Positions 27,805-36,883 of a stretch of 64,000 nucleotides of DNA are shown piece after piece. Both the position numbers and the translations under genes were made by a program. Origin of the DNA: an uncultured delta proteobacterium (GTDB lineage Bacteria; Desulfobacterota; Binatia; Binatales; Binataceae); the NCBI GenBank assembly GCA_963842085.1, contig CAWJET010000002.1, positions 224,001 through 288,000 of the forward strand, read 5' to 3'. The notes under the pieces were generated by a model. It searched no databases. It saw only the letters and a list, made by a program, of their open reading frames with translations, and was not told where the DNA came from. Each line of letters begins with the position of its first letter. Position 1 is the stretch's first letter.

Positions 27805-29991
27805 TCAGTCTGCAATCAACCTCAGGTTTGCGAATTTCAGCACGAGCAGCTTGATCCCGCCGCGCTCGAAATTTACCCACGCCTTGGCGCCGTCGCCTCG
27901 ACCCTCACGGCGGCGAACGATCCCGCGCCCGAAGGTCGGATGTATAACGCGCGCGCCGATGGACAAGCCGCCGCCGCCGGGCCCCGGCTCGTCGTCGGGC
28001 AACTGGCTGTCGGCGAAATCGACGTAGGAGTCGCGCGGCGACAGCGGGCGTACCGGCGAGGTTTCGCGGGCGGGGGCGATACGGCGAATCAAACCGGGCT
28101 CGACCTCGCGCAGGAATCGCGACTGACGCGACTCCTGGCGCACACCGTAGATTTCGCGCGACAGCGTGTTGGTAAGGTAGAGCAACTTGCGCGCGCGGGT
28201 CATGCCGACGTAGCAGAGACGGCGCTCCTCCTCGATTTCCTCGTCGATTTCGCCCGAGCGGCTGTGCGGGAACAGGCCTTCCTCCATCCCGGCGATAAAC
28301 ACGATGGGGTACTCGAGGCCCTTGGAAGTGTGCAGCGTCATTAGCGCGGCGCGTCCGCCGCCGGCATCGATCTGCTCGCTGTCGCTGACGAGGGCGACTC
28401 GTTCGAGGAACTCGGACAAACCGCCGGCGGACTTTTCGGCGTCGAAGGCGCTGGCCGCGGAGAGCATCTCGGCCAGATTCTGCTTGCGGGCGGGCGCGTC
28501 ATCGAGCGTGTCGAGGTAGGGCTCGAAGCCGCTGCGCGCCACGACTTCCTCGACAATCCCGCGGACGCTCATGTCGGATAAGCGGGCTGCGAGATCGTGC
28601 ATCCACGAATAGAGCATCCCGGCCTGCTTGGCGATCCTGAGCGCGACTCTGGAGTAAGTCTCAAGCCGGCCCATCGCCTCGAACGCCGAAATGCGCTCGC
28701 GGGCGGCCAGTTCGGCGATCGCCTCGAACGACTTGGCGCCAATCCCGCGCGGCGGCGTACCGACCATCCGTTCCAGGCTGACGGCGTCGGCCGGGTTGGC
28801 GAGCACGCGCAGGTAGGCGAGCAGATCCTTGACGTCGCGCTGTTCGTAGAAGCGCACGCCGCCGACGACGTAGTAGGGGATGCGCCGGCGCACGAGCGCC
28901 TCTTCGATCGCGCGCGACTGGGCGTTGACGCGGTAGAAAACGACGACGTCGGCGGACCTGAATCCGCCCGAGCCCGTCAGCCGCGCGATTTCGAGCGCGA
29001 TAAAATCAGCCTCGTCGCGTTCGGTGACGCCGGTGTAGTAGGTGACCGGCTCGCCGGCGCTGTTCTCGGTCCACAGGTTTTTGACCTTGCGTTCGGTGTT
29101 GTTGCGGATGACGGCGCCGGCGGCGGCGAGGATGGTCTTGGTCGAGCGGTAATTTTGTTCCAGCTTGAAGATTTGCGCGGCCGGGTAGTCGCGCTCGAAA
29201 TCGAGGATGTTGCGAATGTCGGCGCCCCGCCAGCGGTAGATGGATTGATCCTCGTCGCCGACCACGCACAGATTTCCCGAGCGCGCGGCGAGCGCCTTGA
29301 CGATCAGATACTGGACGCGATTGGTGTCCTGGTATTCGTCAACCAGCAGATGCGCCGCGCGCCGCTGCCATCGCTCGAGTACTTCGGGAAAGCGCTCGAA
29401 CAGCAGCCACGTTTGCAATTGCAAATCGCTGAAGTCCATCACATTCATCGCGCGCATCCGCTCCTGGTAGAGCCGGTAGATCTGCGCGATGGAGGCCTCG
29501 CGCCCGGGCCGGGCGCGCGCGAGCATCTCTTCGGGTGCGATCGCCTCGTTCTTGGCCTGCTCGATTCGCGCGCGGGCAAGTTCGAGCGGCGGCGAGTCGG
29601 CCAGCGCGGCGTCGTCGAGCACTCGGCGAATAGTGGTGAGCGAATCGGCTTCGTCGAGGATCGAAAAATTTCGGTCGTAGCCGAGCGCATGGCCTTCCTG
29701 GCGCAGGATTCGCGCGCAGGCGGAATGAAAGGTGCTGACCCATGGCAGGCGCGGGTCGTTGTCGTTGCCGACCAGCGACGCGACCCGCTCGCGCATCTCG
29801 TTGGCGGCCTTGTTGGTGAAGGTGACCGCCAGCATCTCGAAGGGCGCCGCCTTGCGCTCGGCCAGGATGTGGGCGATACGGTAGGTCAGCACGCGGGTCT
29901 TGCCCGAGCCTGCGCCGGCGAGGATGAGAATCGGGCCGTCGGGCGCGAGCACAGCGGCGCGCTGTTCGGGATTCAAATCGTCGAGCTTCAC
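27805..29991 (-). CDS. pcrA: ATP-dependent DNA helicase PcrA/UvrD
   Basis: AGAGSGKT, TFTNKAA, VDEYQDTN, GDEDQSIY.WRGA, LEQNYRS, TLHTSKGLE, EERRLCYVGMTRA and a C-terminal Tudor-like domain. Confidence 0.95.
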   Translation of the reverse strand: MKLDDLNPEQRAAVLAPDGPILILAGAGSGKTRVLTYRIAHILAERKAAPFEMLAVTFTNKAANEMRERVASLVGNDNDPRLPWVSTFHSACARILRQEGHALGYDRNFSILDEADSLTTIRRVLDDAALADSPPLELARARIEQAKNEAIAPEEMLARARPGREASIAQIYRLYQERMRAMNVMDFSDLQLQTWLLFERFPEVLERWQRRAAHLLVDEYQDTNRVQYLIVKALAARSGNLCVVGDEDQSIYRWRGADIRNILDFERDYPAAQIFKLEQNYRSTKTILAAAGAVIRNNTERKVKNLWTENSAGEPVTYYTGVTERDEADFIALEIARLTGSGGFRSADVVVFYRVNAQSRAIEEALVRRRIPYYVVGGVRFYEQRDVKDLLAYLRVLANPADAVSLERMVGTPPRGIGAKSFEAIAELAARERISAFEAMGRLETYSRVALRIAKQAGMLYSWMHDLAARLSDMSVRGIVEEVVARSGFEPYLDTLDDAPARKQNLAEMLSAASAFDAEKSAGGLSEFLERVALVSDSEQIDAGGGRAALMTLHTSKGLEYPIVFIAGMEEGLFPHSRSGEIDEEIEEERRLCYVGMTRARKLLYLTNTLSREIYGVRQESRQSRFLREVEPGLIRRIAPARETSPVRPLSPRDSYVDFADSQLPDDEPGPGGGGLSIGARVIHPTFGRGIVRRREGRGDGAKAWVNFERGGIKLLVLKFANLRLIAD

Positions 29992-30088
29992 GGTGACCGT
30001 CGCAGTTTCAAAACTTCCGGGCGCAGACTTTCAAGATAGCCGCTCCAGCGCGCGGGGCAAAGCGAGTGCGCGTCGAGGCGCCTGAATT

Positions 30089-30682
30089 GTGGCGACTTAC
30101 GAACCACACGACAAATTTTACCGCAAGGCGCGCGCGCGAGGATTGCCGTCGCGGGCGGCCTTCAAGATCGAGGAAATAATTGCGCGCAACCGGCTCGTCG
30201 GCAGGGGCGCGCGAATCGTCGACCTGGGATGCGCGCCCGGCGGATGGCTGGCCATCCTGGTGGCGGCGGCGGGCGCGAGCGGACGCGTGGTGGGAGTCGA
30301 TCTCGCGCAGGTGAAGAACCCGCCGGCCGGTGCGATCACGATCGCCGGGGACATCCTCGATCCCACTGTCGCCGCGCGCGTGCAAAGCGAGCTTGGCGGA
30401 CGGGCCGACCTGGTGACGAGCGACCTTGCGCCGAAACTGTCCGGGATTGGCGCGCGGGACGAGGCACGTTCGGGGGAGCTGATCGATTGCGCGCTAGGCT
30501 TTGCGACGGCGGTGCTGAAGCCGGGCGGCGCGATGGTCGCCAAGCTGTTCATGGGCGCGCAATTCAAGGACATAGTCGATTCGTTCAAGCGGCATTTCGG
30601 AAGTGTCGAGGTGACGCGGACCAAGGCCAGCCGCCCGGGATCATCGGAACTGTACATTGTGGCGCGCCAGTTCCGCGGCTGA
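30089..30682 (+). CDS. rlmE: 23S rRNA Um2552 methyltransferase RlmE/FtsJ
   Basis: SRAAFKI, DLGCAPGGW, SDLAP, K.F.G and ASR..SSELY motifs. Confidence 0.93.
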   Translation: MATYEPHDKFYRKARARGLPSRAAFKIEEIIARNRLVGRGARIVDLGCAPGGWLAILVAAAGASGRVVGVDLAQVKNPPAGAITIAGDILDPTVAARVQSELGGRADLVTSDLAPKLSGIGARDEARSGELIDCALGFATAVLKPGGAMVAKLFMGAQFKDIVDSFKRHFGSVEVTRTKASRPGSSELYIVARQFRG

Positions 30683-30725
30683 CGGGTGCTTGGCATCAAG
30701 CGCACGACGCGCGTAAGGTTTGAGC

Positions 30726-31562
30726 ATGAAAGCTGTAGGCGGACGGCATCTCTGCCTGCTGCTTATGGCAGCCGTGGTGGCGGCCTGCTCGTGCAGCCGC
30801 TCGCCAGCCAGCCCGTCCGCAGCGGCGGAAGTTTCGCCCGACGACGTCAGAGTCCAGGTCGCGCGCGTCGGCTTTGACGACGAGACCGGCTCGAACTACG
30901 TGCTGCTGCTCGACCAGAGCGAGTCGCGCGAATTGCCAATCATGATTGGCGAGAGCGAGGCGCAGGCGATCCTGCTCGCGCTGCGCGGAATCAAGCCGGA
31001 GCGGCCGTTCACGCACGATTTGATCCGCTCGATCATCGGGCAGACCGGGAACAGCGTCGATCGAATCGTGATCGGTGACATGCGCGACGAGATCTATTAC
31101 GCGACGATTTACATGGACGGCGGCCGCTACTCGATCGACAGCCGCCCGAGCGACGCGATCGCGCTGGCTATGGGCATGAACGTGCCCATCTACGTCAACA
31201 ACAAACTCTTCGAATCGGCATCCACAACGGGCCTTGGCCCCGGCGGGAAAATTCCCAACACTGCGCGGGCGCTGGGACTGACCGTGGAGCAACTGACTCC
31301 CGAGCTGGCGAGCGCGTTCGGCCAAGCCAACGGGCGCGGCGTGCTGGTGTCGGACGCCGATTCGTCGGCCAGGAAGGCAGGCGTCGCGCGCGGCGATATC
31401 GTCGTCAAGCTGGGAGATCGCGACGTCAAGGCGCTCGACGACTTCAGCCAGGACGCTTCACAGCTCAAGACCGGGACCGTGACGTTGACGCTGAACCGCG
31501 ACGGCGCAAGCCGCAGCGTCAGGCTGGAAAGTTCGCCCGCCGCGGGCGCGCCGAAACCCTAG
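30726..31562 (+). CDS. Predicted lipoprotein with bifunctional nuclease (DUF151/BFN) domain and C-terminal PDZ domain
   Basis: Lipobox VAAC; LPIMIG..EAQAI, RPFTHDL, YYATI and IDSRPSDAIALA (BFN); LGLTV..LTPELA...GVLV...A.KAGV.RGDIV (HtrA-type PDZ). Confidence 0.85.
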   Translation: MKAVGGRHLCLLLMAAVVAACSCSRSPASPSAAAEVSPDDVRVQVARVGFDDETGSNYVLLLDQSESRELPIMIGESEAQAILLALRGIKPERPFTHDLIRSIIGQTGNSVDRIVIGDMRDEIYYATIYMDGGRYSIDSRPSDAIALAMGMNVPIYVNNKLFESASTTGLGPGGKIPNTARALGLTVEQLTPELASAFGQANGRGVLVSDADSSARKAGVARGDIVVKLGDRDVKALDDFSQDASQLKTGTVTLTLNRDGASRSVRLESSPAAGAPKP

Positions 31563-33268
31563 CCCTGGCGCACCAGCACGCTTTCAATGAAGCGCGGATC
31601 GATCTCGCGCTCGCCGCCCAGGTTGGCGAACTCCTCTTCCAGCAGGTTCAGGCAGGAATTCAGGAAATCGGCGGTGCGGCGCCGCGCCGCGTCGTCCATC
31701 CGCTGGGCCAGCGCCTGATGAACTTTGGTGCGAAACTCGTCGCTGAGCGTGCCCGGCTGTCCGGTCATGATCGCCGTGCGCATCGCGGTCAGCCGGCTGC
31801 CTTCGATCGGATCGAGCGCAAGGCGGTCGTCCAGCGCCAGGCGCGCCAGTCCGGTCAGCACCAGCTGGCTGAGGCGGATTTCGCGCGCGGCCATCTGGGC
31901 GCGGAAGTTTGGCGACGCGATATCGATCGCGAACATCGCACGGAACAACTCGGCGGCCGAATCGATCTGGTCGAGAATCGCGTAGCTGAGATGCAAATCG
32001 CGCATGCTGCTGAAATCGCGCATCTCGACCGCGCCGCCACCGTCCAGCCCGCTATAGAATCGCGGCTGCCGCGCCATGAAGCCCGCCAGCGCCTCGCGAT
32101 AGGGCGAGTCGAGGTATGAAAGCTCGCGCACCTTGACGCTCGAGAGGCCGAGTTTCCTGAGCGTCGCCTCGGTGCTCGTGCGCAGATCGATCGTCAAGCT
32201 GACGCCGAGGCGAAAGAGCAGTTTCAGCGGCGTATCGCGCAGATGCTCGATCGCAGTCTGCAGGTCGCCGCCCGCCAGATGCTCGAGCGCCAGGTTCAGG
32301 TAGTGATGCGTCATCTCGACCGCGACGCGCACCGCCTCCAGATCGCCGAAGTCCACCGCGCGGGCGATCAGCACCTGGTTGCTGACCATCGCCATCTCGC
32401 TGCGGAGCTGGCGTTTGCCTTGCGCCGCGAAGCCGGCGGTGAGCGCGGTGTTGAACAGCGAGGCGTCGCCGTCGGCGATCGCGGGCGCGATCTCGGGCGC
32501 AATCACTTCGGTATCGTCGGGCAGATCGGCGCGGCTTGGCGGTTCGTACTCCGCGCGAACTTTGAGAAACTGCTGGGGCTTGAGGTACGCGAACACGCTC
32601 TGCGCCTCGAAGAAATCGGGAAAGCCGCGGTCGCTCAGGCGCGCGCGCCGGAACTGGTAGGCCTCTTCCTCGAGCTCGGCTTCGACGCCCCAATAGATTT
32701 CCTCCATCAGGCCGGCGAAGTAGTTGTAGTCGCGTTCGAACGCCTCTTCGATGAAATCCGAGATGTGCTGCGAGATTGCGTCGTGGCGGATGAACTCGAT
32801 CAGGTAATTTTCGTCGTACTGCGCAAAGCGATTCGCGGTGGCGTCGGGCGAGGACGCCGCATCGTCGATGCGATGCACTTTTATGTAGCCGCGCAGCAGG
32901 AGCGACATCATCTCCATGTCGAGCCCCATCAGCGCGTCGGCCAGCTTGCGCCGTCCGCCGTCGGCCATCGCCTCGATCCATTCGCGCATGCGATGCACGT
33001 TGGGCCGATCGCGGTTCCAGCAATCGAGATCGAACAGCGACTTGACCTGCTCGGGCATCGCGAGGCTGAGCAGGTCGCCGGCGTCGGCGCTGCCGATTTC
33101 CTTGAGCGTGTAGAAAAGCGTCTCGGGCGAAAACGATTGCACCAGGCGCTCGGCCTCGGGCGCGGAGAGAATCAGGTCGCGCTTCTGGCGCGCGGGAAGG
33201 CCGTACAGGAACTCCAGCTTTTCCTGGAACGGAAGGTTGAGAAATTCCGATTCGCCTCTTACTGCCAT
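31559..33268 (-). CDS. Conserved hypothetical protein (DUF6178-like)
   Basis: LDCW..D and ELEEEAYQFRRARL.DRGFPD motifs resemble this deltaproteobacterial family; family name recalled, not searched. Confidence 0.65.
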   Translation of the reverse strand: MAVRGESEFLNLPFQEKLEFLYGLPARQKRDLILSAPEAERLVQSFSPETLFYTLKEIGSADAGDLLSLAMPEQVKSLFDLDCWNRDRPNVHRMREWIEAMADGGRRKLADALMGLDMEMMSLLLRGYIKVHRIDDAASSPDATANRFAQYDENYLIEFIRHDAISQHISDFIEEAFERDYNYFAGLMEEIYWGVEAELEEEAYQFRRARLSDRGFPDFFEAQSVFAYLKPQQFLKVRAEYEPPSRADLPDDTEVIAPEIAPAIADGDASLFNTALTAGFAAQGKRQLRSEMAMVSNQVLIARAVDFGDLEAVRVAVEMTHHYLNLALEHLAGGDLQTAIEHLRDTPLKLLFRLGVSLTIDLRTSTEATLRKLGLSSVKVRELSYLDSPYREALAGFMARQPRFYSGLDGGGAVEMRDFSSMRDLHLSYAILDQIDSAAELFRAMFAIDIASPNFRAQMAAREIRLSQLVLTGLARLALDDRLALDPIEGSRLTAMRTAIMTGQPGTLSDEFRTKVHQALAQRMDDAARRRTADFLNSCLNLLEEEFANLGGEREIDPRFIESVLVRQG

Positions 33269-33398
33269 ATGCCTCGCCGCAACAGTTGCACCTCAACGGC
33301 AAAGTATCGCGCGCTTCCACGATCGATCAACTAAGCGTGGAGCTTTCGCTTAACCGCGCCGTTAGATAGGATCTTTACAACGCATCAGAGCCTATTTC

Positions 33399-34205
33399 TT
33401 GGCCTCTCCCAACTCGAAACATCCGGTTGCACTGACCGTCGCGGGCAGCGACCCCGGTGGCGGCGCAGGACTGCAGGCCGACCTCAAGACTTTCGCCGCG
33501 CTTGGCGTGTACGGCTATTCGGTCATCACCGAAGTGATCGCGCAGAACAGCCGGCGGGTCGCGAATGTCGAAGCCGTGTCGCCCGAGATGGTGGAGGCGC
33601 AGCTCGATACGCTGGCCTTGGAATGCGCTCCGCGCGCGGTCAAGACGGGAGCGCTGGCCAACACGGCGATCGTCAAGGTGGTGGCGCGCGCGATCGAACG
33701 GCTCAAATTGCCGGCGCCGGTGGTCGATCCGGTGATCGTGTCGAGCAGCGGCGCGCTACTGATTGGCCCGAAAGGGGAGCGCGCGATTCGAAAACGCCTG
33801 ATTCCCATCGCGCGCATCGTCACGCCCAACATTCCCGAGGCCGAAGTGCTCGCGCGCATCCGAATCGACTCCGAGGCGGCGATTCGCGAGGCCGCAATCA
33901 AGATAATCAAGCTCGGCGCGCGCGCGGTCGTAATCAAGGGCGGGCATCGCAAGGACAAGAGATCTGCGACGGATTTTTTCTACGACGGCCGTAATTTCAT
34001 CGAGCTCAGGGGCCCGCGGATAGCAGGCGGCGGTGCGCATGGCACAGGATGCGCGTTCTCGGCGGCGATCGCGGCCCATCTGGCGCGCGGGATGAGCCTC
34101 GAAGATGCGGTCCGCGGCGCGAAACGCTTCGTGACGGCGGCGCTCAGGCTCAGTTTCAAATTGGGGAGGGGGAGGGCGCTCCTCGATCACTTCGCGCGCG
34201 GCTGA
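33399..34205 (+). CDS. thiD: Hydroxymethylpyrimidine/phosphomethylpyrimidine kinase
   Basis: [34 protein letters not shown] and HGTGC.FSAAI motifs. Confidence 0.95.
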   Translation: MASPNSKHPVALTVAGSDPGGGAGLQADLKTFAALGVYGYSVITEVIAQNSRRVANVEAVSPEMVEAQLDTLALECAPRAVKTGALANTAIVKVVARAIERLKLPAPVVDPVIVSSSGALLIGPKGERAIRKRLIPIARIVTPNIPEAEVLARIRIDSEAAIREAAIKIIKLGARAVVIKGGHRKDKRSATDFFYDGRNFIELRGPRIAGGGAHGTGCAFSAAIAAHLARGMSLEDAVRGAKRFVTAALRLSFKLGRGRALLDHFARG

Positions 34206-34672
34206 CCGGCCTGCGCGGTCGGCGGCACCGCAAACTCCTTCAACGCGGCGGCGAGATTGTGGCTCGGCGTTTCCGCGTCGCCCATCTTCATCAGCGCGAA
34301 TCGTTCGTCTCCGTCGAGCCGTGACCAGGCAGCGCCGCTCAGAGCGTAGCCCGCCGCGCGTGCGTGCGCGACGACCCGCGCCGGCGGCGACGCGGGCGGC
34401 TCCGCCGACGCTCTTTGCGCATCGGTCAGGCTTTTCGGCTCGACGCCGAATCGTCGCTTGATCGCCTCGCGGATGAACAGCCCGAGTCCATCGCATTCCT
34501 CGGCGGAATCGATGGGGAAATGGCAGATTGCCAGCCGTTCGCCGCCGCCGAGCGATTTCCATTGTTCGAGCCCGATTTTCAGCCCGACGCGATCGAGCTT
34601 GCGCCGCACCGCCATCGGGACGCATTGCAGACTTTCGTGCATCGCTTCTTCAAATTTGAATTTGCGGATCAT
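34187..34672 (-). CDS. Nitrate reductase-associated protein (Nitr_red_assoc / NarM-like)
   Basis: F.FE....SL.CVPMAVRRKLD..GLK..L..W..L and W..L...ERFAL.K...SHNL..AL.EF; GAGG RBS before ATG 34672. Confidence 0.8.
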   Translation of the reverse strand: MIRKFKFEEAMHESLQCVPMAVRRKLDRVGLKIGLEQWKSLGGGERLAICHFPIDSAEECDGLGLFIREAIKRRFGVEPKSLTDAQRASAEPPASPPARVVAHARAAGYALSGAAWSRLDGDERFALMKMGDAETPSHNLAAALKEFAVPPTAQAGQPRAK

Positions 34673-34763
34673 TTGGACCTCGCAATTGTCAGGTTGCAAT
34701 GTGCAACCGGCCGGATCAAGATCGCCAGCATCAATCGTGGTATAGCGATTTGTTAGGGCAGCG

Positions 34764-35270
34764 ATGGACGCGCGGAATTCCAGAAATGGCGGCGCAAGTT
34801 GGGACGCGCGGATGATTGACGAAATCGTCGCCGATCTGGCCGACAAGCCCGGTGCGCTGATGCCGGTGCTGCACGCGGTGAATGAGCGCGTCGGCTACAT
34901 CCCGCCCGAGGCGGTTCCGGCGATCGCGCGGGCGCTGAACCTTTCGCGTGCCGAGGTGCACGGAGTCATCAGCTTCTATCACGATTTTCGCACCGCGCGG
35001 CCCGGCCGAAAAATCATTCGCGTGTGCCGCGCCGAATCGTGCCAGGCGATGGGCGCGGTCGCGCTCGCAGCGCACATTCAAGCACGCCTTGGAATTAATT
35101 TCGGACAGACCAGCGACGACGGTGATTTCACGCTCGAGCCGGTTTACTGTCTGGGCAACTGCGCGTGCTCGCCGGCGATCGTCGTCGGCGAGGATCTTTA
35201 CGGCCGCGTCAGTCCTGAACGCTTCGACGAAATTTTTTCCAGTGTCACGTCATCGAGGTCGTCGCGATGA
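34764..35270 (+). CDS. fdsG: NAD-dependent formate dehydrogenase gamma subunit
   Basis: LNLSRAEVHGVISFYHDF, CRAESC and CLGNC [2Fe-2S] motifs. Confidence 0.92.
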   Translation: MDARNSRNGGASWDARMIDEIVADLADKPGALMPVLHAVNERVGYIPPEAVPAIARALNLSRAEVHGVISFYHDFRTARPGRKIIRVCRAESCQAMGAVALAAHIQARLGINFGQTSDDGDFTLEPVYCLGNCACSPAIVVGEDLYGRVSPERFDEIFSSVTSSRSSR

Positions 35271-36883
35271 CGACGGTAGTGTACGTTCCGCGCGATTCGA
35301 GCGCGGTCTCGCTCGGTGCGGACGCGGTGGCCGAGGCGATTGTGGGAGAGGTGGCGTCGCGCAAGCTGGACGTAAGGATCGTGCGCAACGGTTCGCGCGG
35401 CATGTTCTCGCATGAGCCGATGGTCGAAGTCGCGACCAGCGGCGGGCGGATCGCCTACGGACCGGTCGCGACGCGTGACGTCGCGTCGCTCTTCGATTCG
35501 AATTTTCTCGACGGTCGCGCGCATCGCCTGCGTCTCGGCGTCGCCGAGGAAATAGCCTGGCTCAAGTCGCAGACTCGGCTGACGTTCGCACGCGCGGGCG
35601 TGACCGACCCCGTATCGCTCGAGGACTACGCCGCGCACGGTGGATACCGCGGACTGGCACGCGCGATCGAGCTCGGCGCCGACGCGGTGATTGCCGAGGT
35701 CACCAAGTCAGGTCTTCGCGGCCGTGGCGGCGCGGGATTTCCCACCGGCACAAAGTGGAAGACCGCGGCTGATGCGCCGGCGACGCCAAAATATGTCGTC
35801 TGCAATGCTGACGAAGGCGACTCCGGCACCTTTTCCGACCGCATGATCATGGAGGGCGATCCCTTCGTGCTGATCGAAGGGATGACGATCGCGGCGCTCG
35901 CCGTCGGCGCGGCGCAAGGTTACATCTACCTGCGCTCTGAGTATCCGCACGCACGCCGCGCTCTCAGCGGAGCGATCGCGACCGCCTATTCGACCGGCTA
36001 TTTGGGCGCGAACATCCTCGGCTCCGGCAAATCGTTCGAGTTGGAGATCAGGCTGGGCGCCGGCGCGTACATCTGCGGCGAGGAAACAGCGATGCTCGAA
36101 AGCATCGAGGGTCGCCGCGGGATGGTTCGCTTCAAGCCCCCGGTTCCCGCGCTGGAAGGGCTGTTCGGCAAACCGACCGTGATTAACAACGTAGTCTCGC
36201 TCGCGACGGTGCCGATCATCATCGAGCGCGGCGCAGAGTGTTTTCGCGACTACGGTACCGGCAACTCGCGCGGCACGATGCCGTTTCAACTCGCCGGCAA
36301 CGCCAAACGTCCGGGGCTGATCGAAACGTCGATGGGCGTGACGCTGCGCGAAATCGTTTACGACTACGGCGGCGGCACCGCCAGCGGCAGGCCGGTTCGC
36401 GCGGTGCAGGTCGGAGGTCCGCTGGGCACTTATTTCACGGAATCGATGCTCGACGTGGCGCTGGACTTTGAGTCAGTCGCGGCGCGCGGCGGAATCCTCG
36501 GCCATGGCGGAATCGTCGTGTTTGACGACACGGTCGACATGGCGCGGATGGCGCGCTACGCGATGGAGTTTTGCGCGATCGAATCCTGCGGCAAATGCAC
36601 GCCGTGCCGAATCGGATCGATTCGCGGTGTCGAGGTGATCGACGACCTCGTCAATCGCCGCCATCCACGCGAGAATCTCGAAGTGATCCGCGATCTGTGC
36701 GACACGATGAAGTACGGCTCGCTGTGCGTGCTCGGCGGCCTTACGCCGTTGCCGGTGTTGAGTGCGCTCAAATATTTTCCGGGGGATTTCGGCCTGACGC
36801 CGCGCGACGTGGACTTCATCGGCGCCGACCTCACAATTTCGACCTCAGGAGCTGCGAGTACTCATGCGATCGCGCAGCGATAG
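35267..36883 (+). CDS. fdsB: NAD-dependent formate dehydrogenase beta subunit (NuoF-like)
   Basis: GLRGRGGAGFP, NADEGD.GTFSDR, GAGAYICGEET and ESCGKCTPCR motifs; FdsB-type N-terminal extension. Confidence 0.93.
   Translation: MTTVVYVPRDSSAVSLGADAVAEAIVGEVASRKLDVRIVRNGSRGMFSHEPMVEVATSGGRIAYGPVATRDVASLFDSNFLDGRAHRLRLGVAEEIAWLKSQTRLTFARAGVTDPVSLEDYAAHGGYRGLARAIELGADAVIAEVTKSGLRGRGGAGFPTGTKWKTAADAPATPKYVVCNADEGDSGTFSDRMIMEGDPFVLIEGMTIAALAVGAAQGYIYLRSEYPHARRALSGAIATAYSTGYLGANILGSGKSFELEIRLGAGAYICGEETAMLESIEGRRGMVRFKPPVPALEGLFGKPTVINNVVSLATVPIIIERGAECFRDYGTGNSRGTMPFQLAGNAKRPGLIETSMGVTLREIVYDYGGGTASGRPVRAVQVGGPLGTYFTESMLDVALDFESVAARGGILGHGGIVVFDDTVDMARMARYAMEFCAIESCGKCTPCRIGSIRGVEVIDDLVNRRHPRENLEVIRDLCDTMKYGSLCVLGGLTPLPVLSALKYFPGDFGLTPRDVDFIGADLTISTSGAASTHAIAQR

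Noticed and set aside
34721-34749. ModE box upstream of fdsG
   Set aside because: Only the right half (TATAGCGAT) fits; the left half is poor and it may simply be the -10 element.
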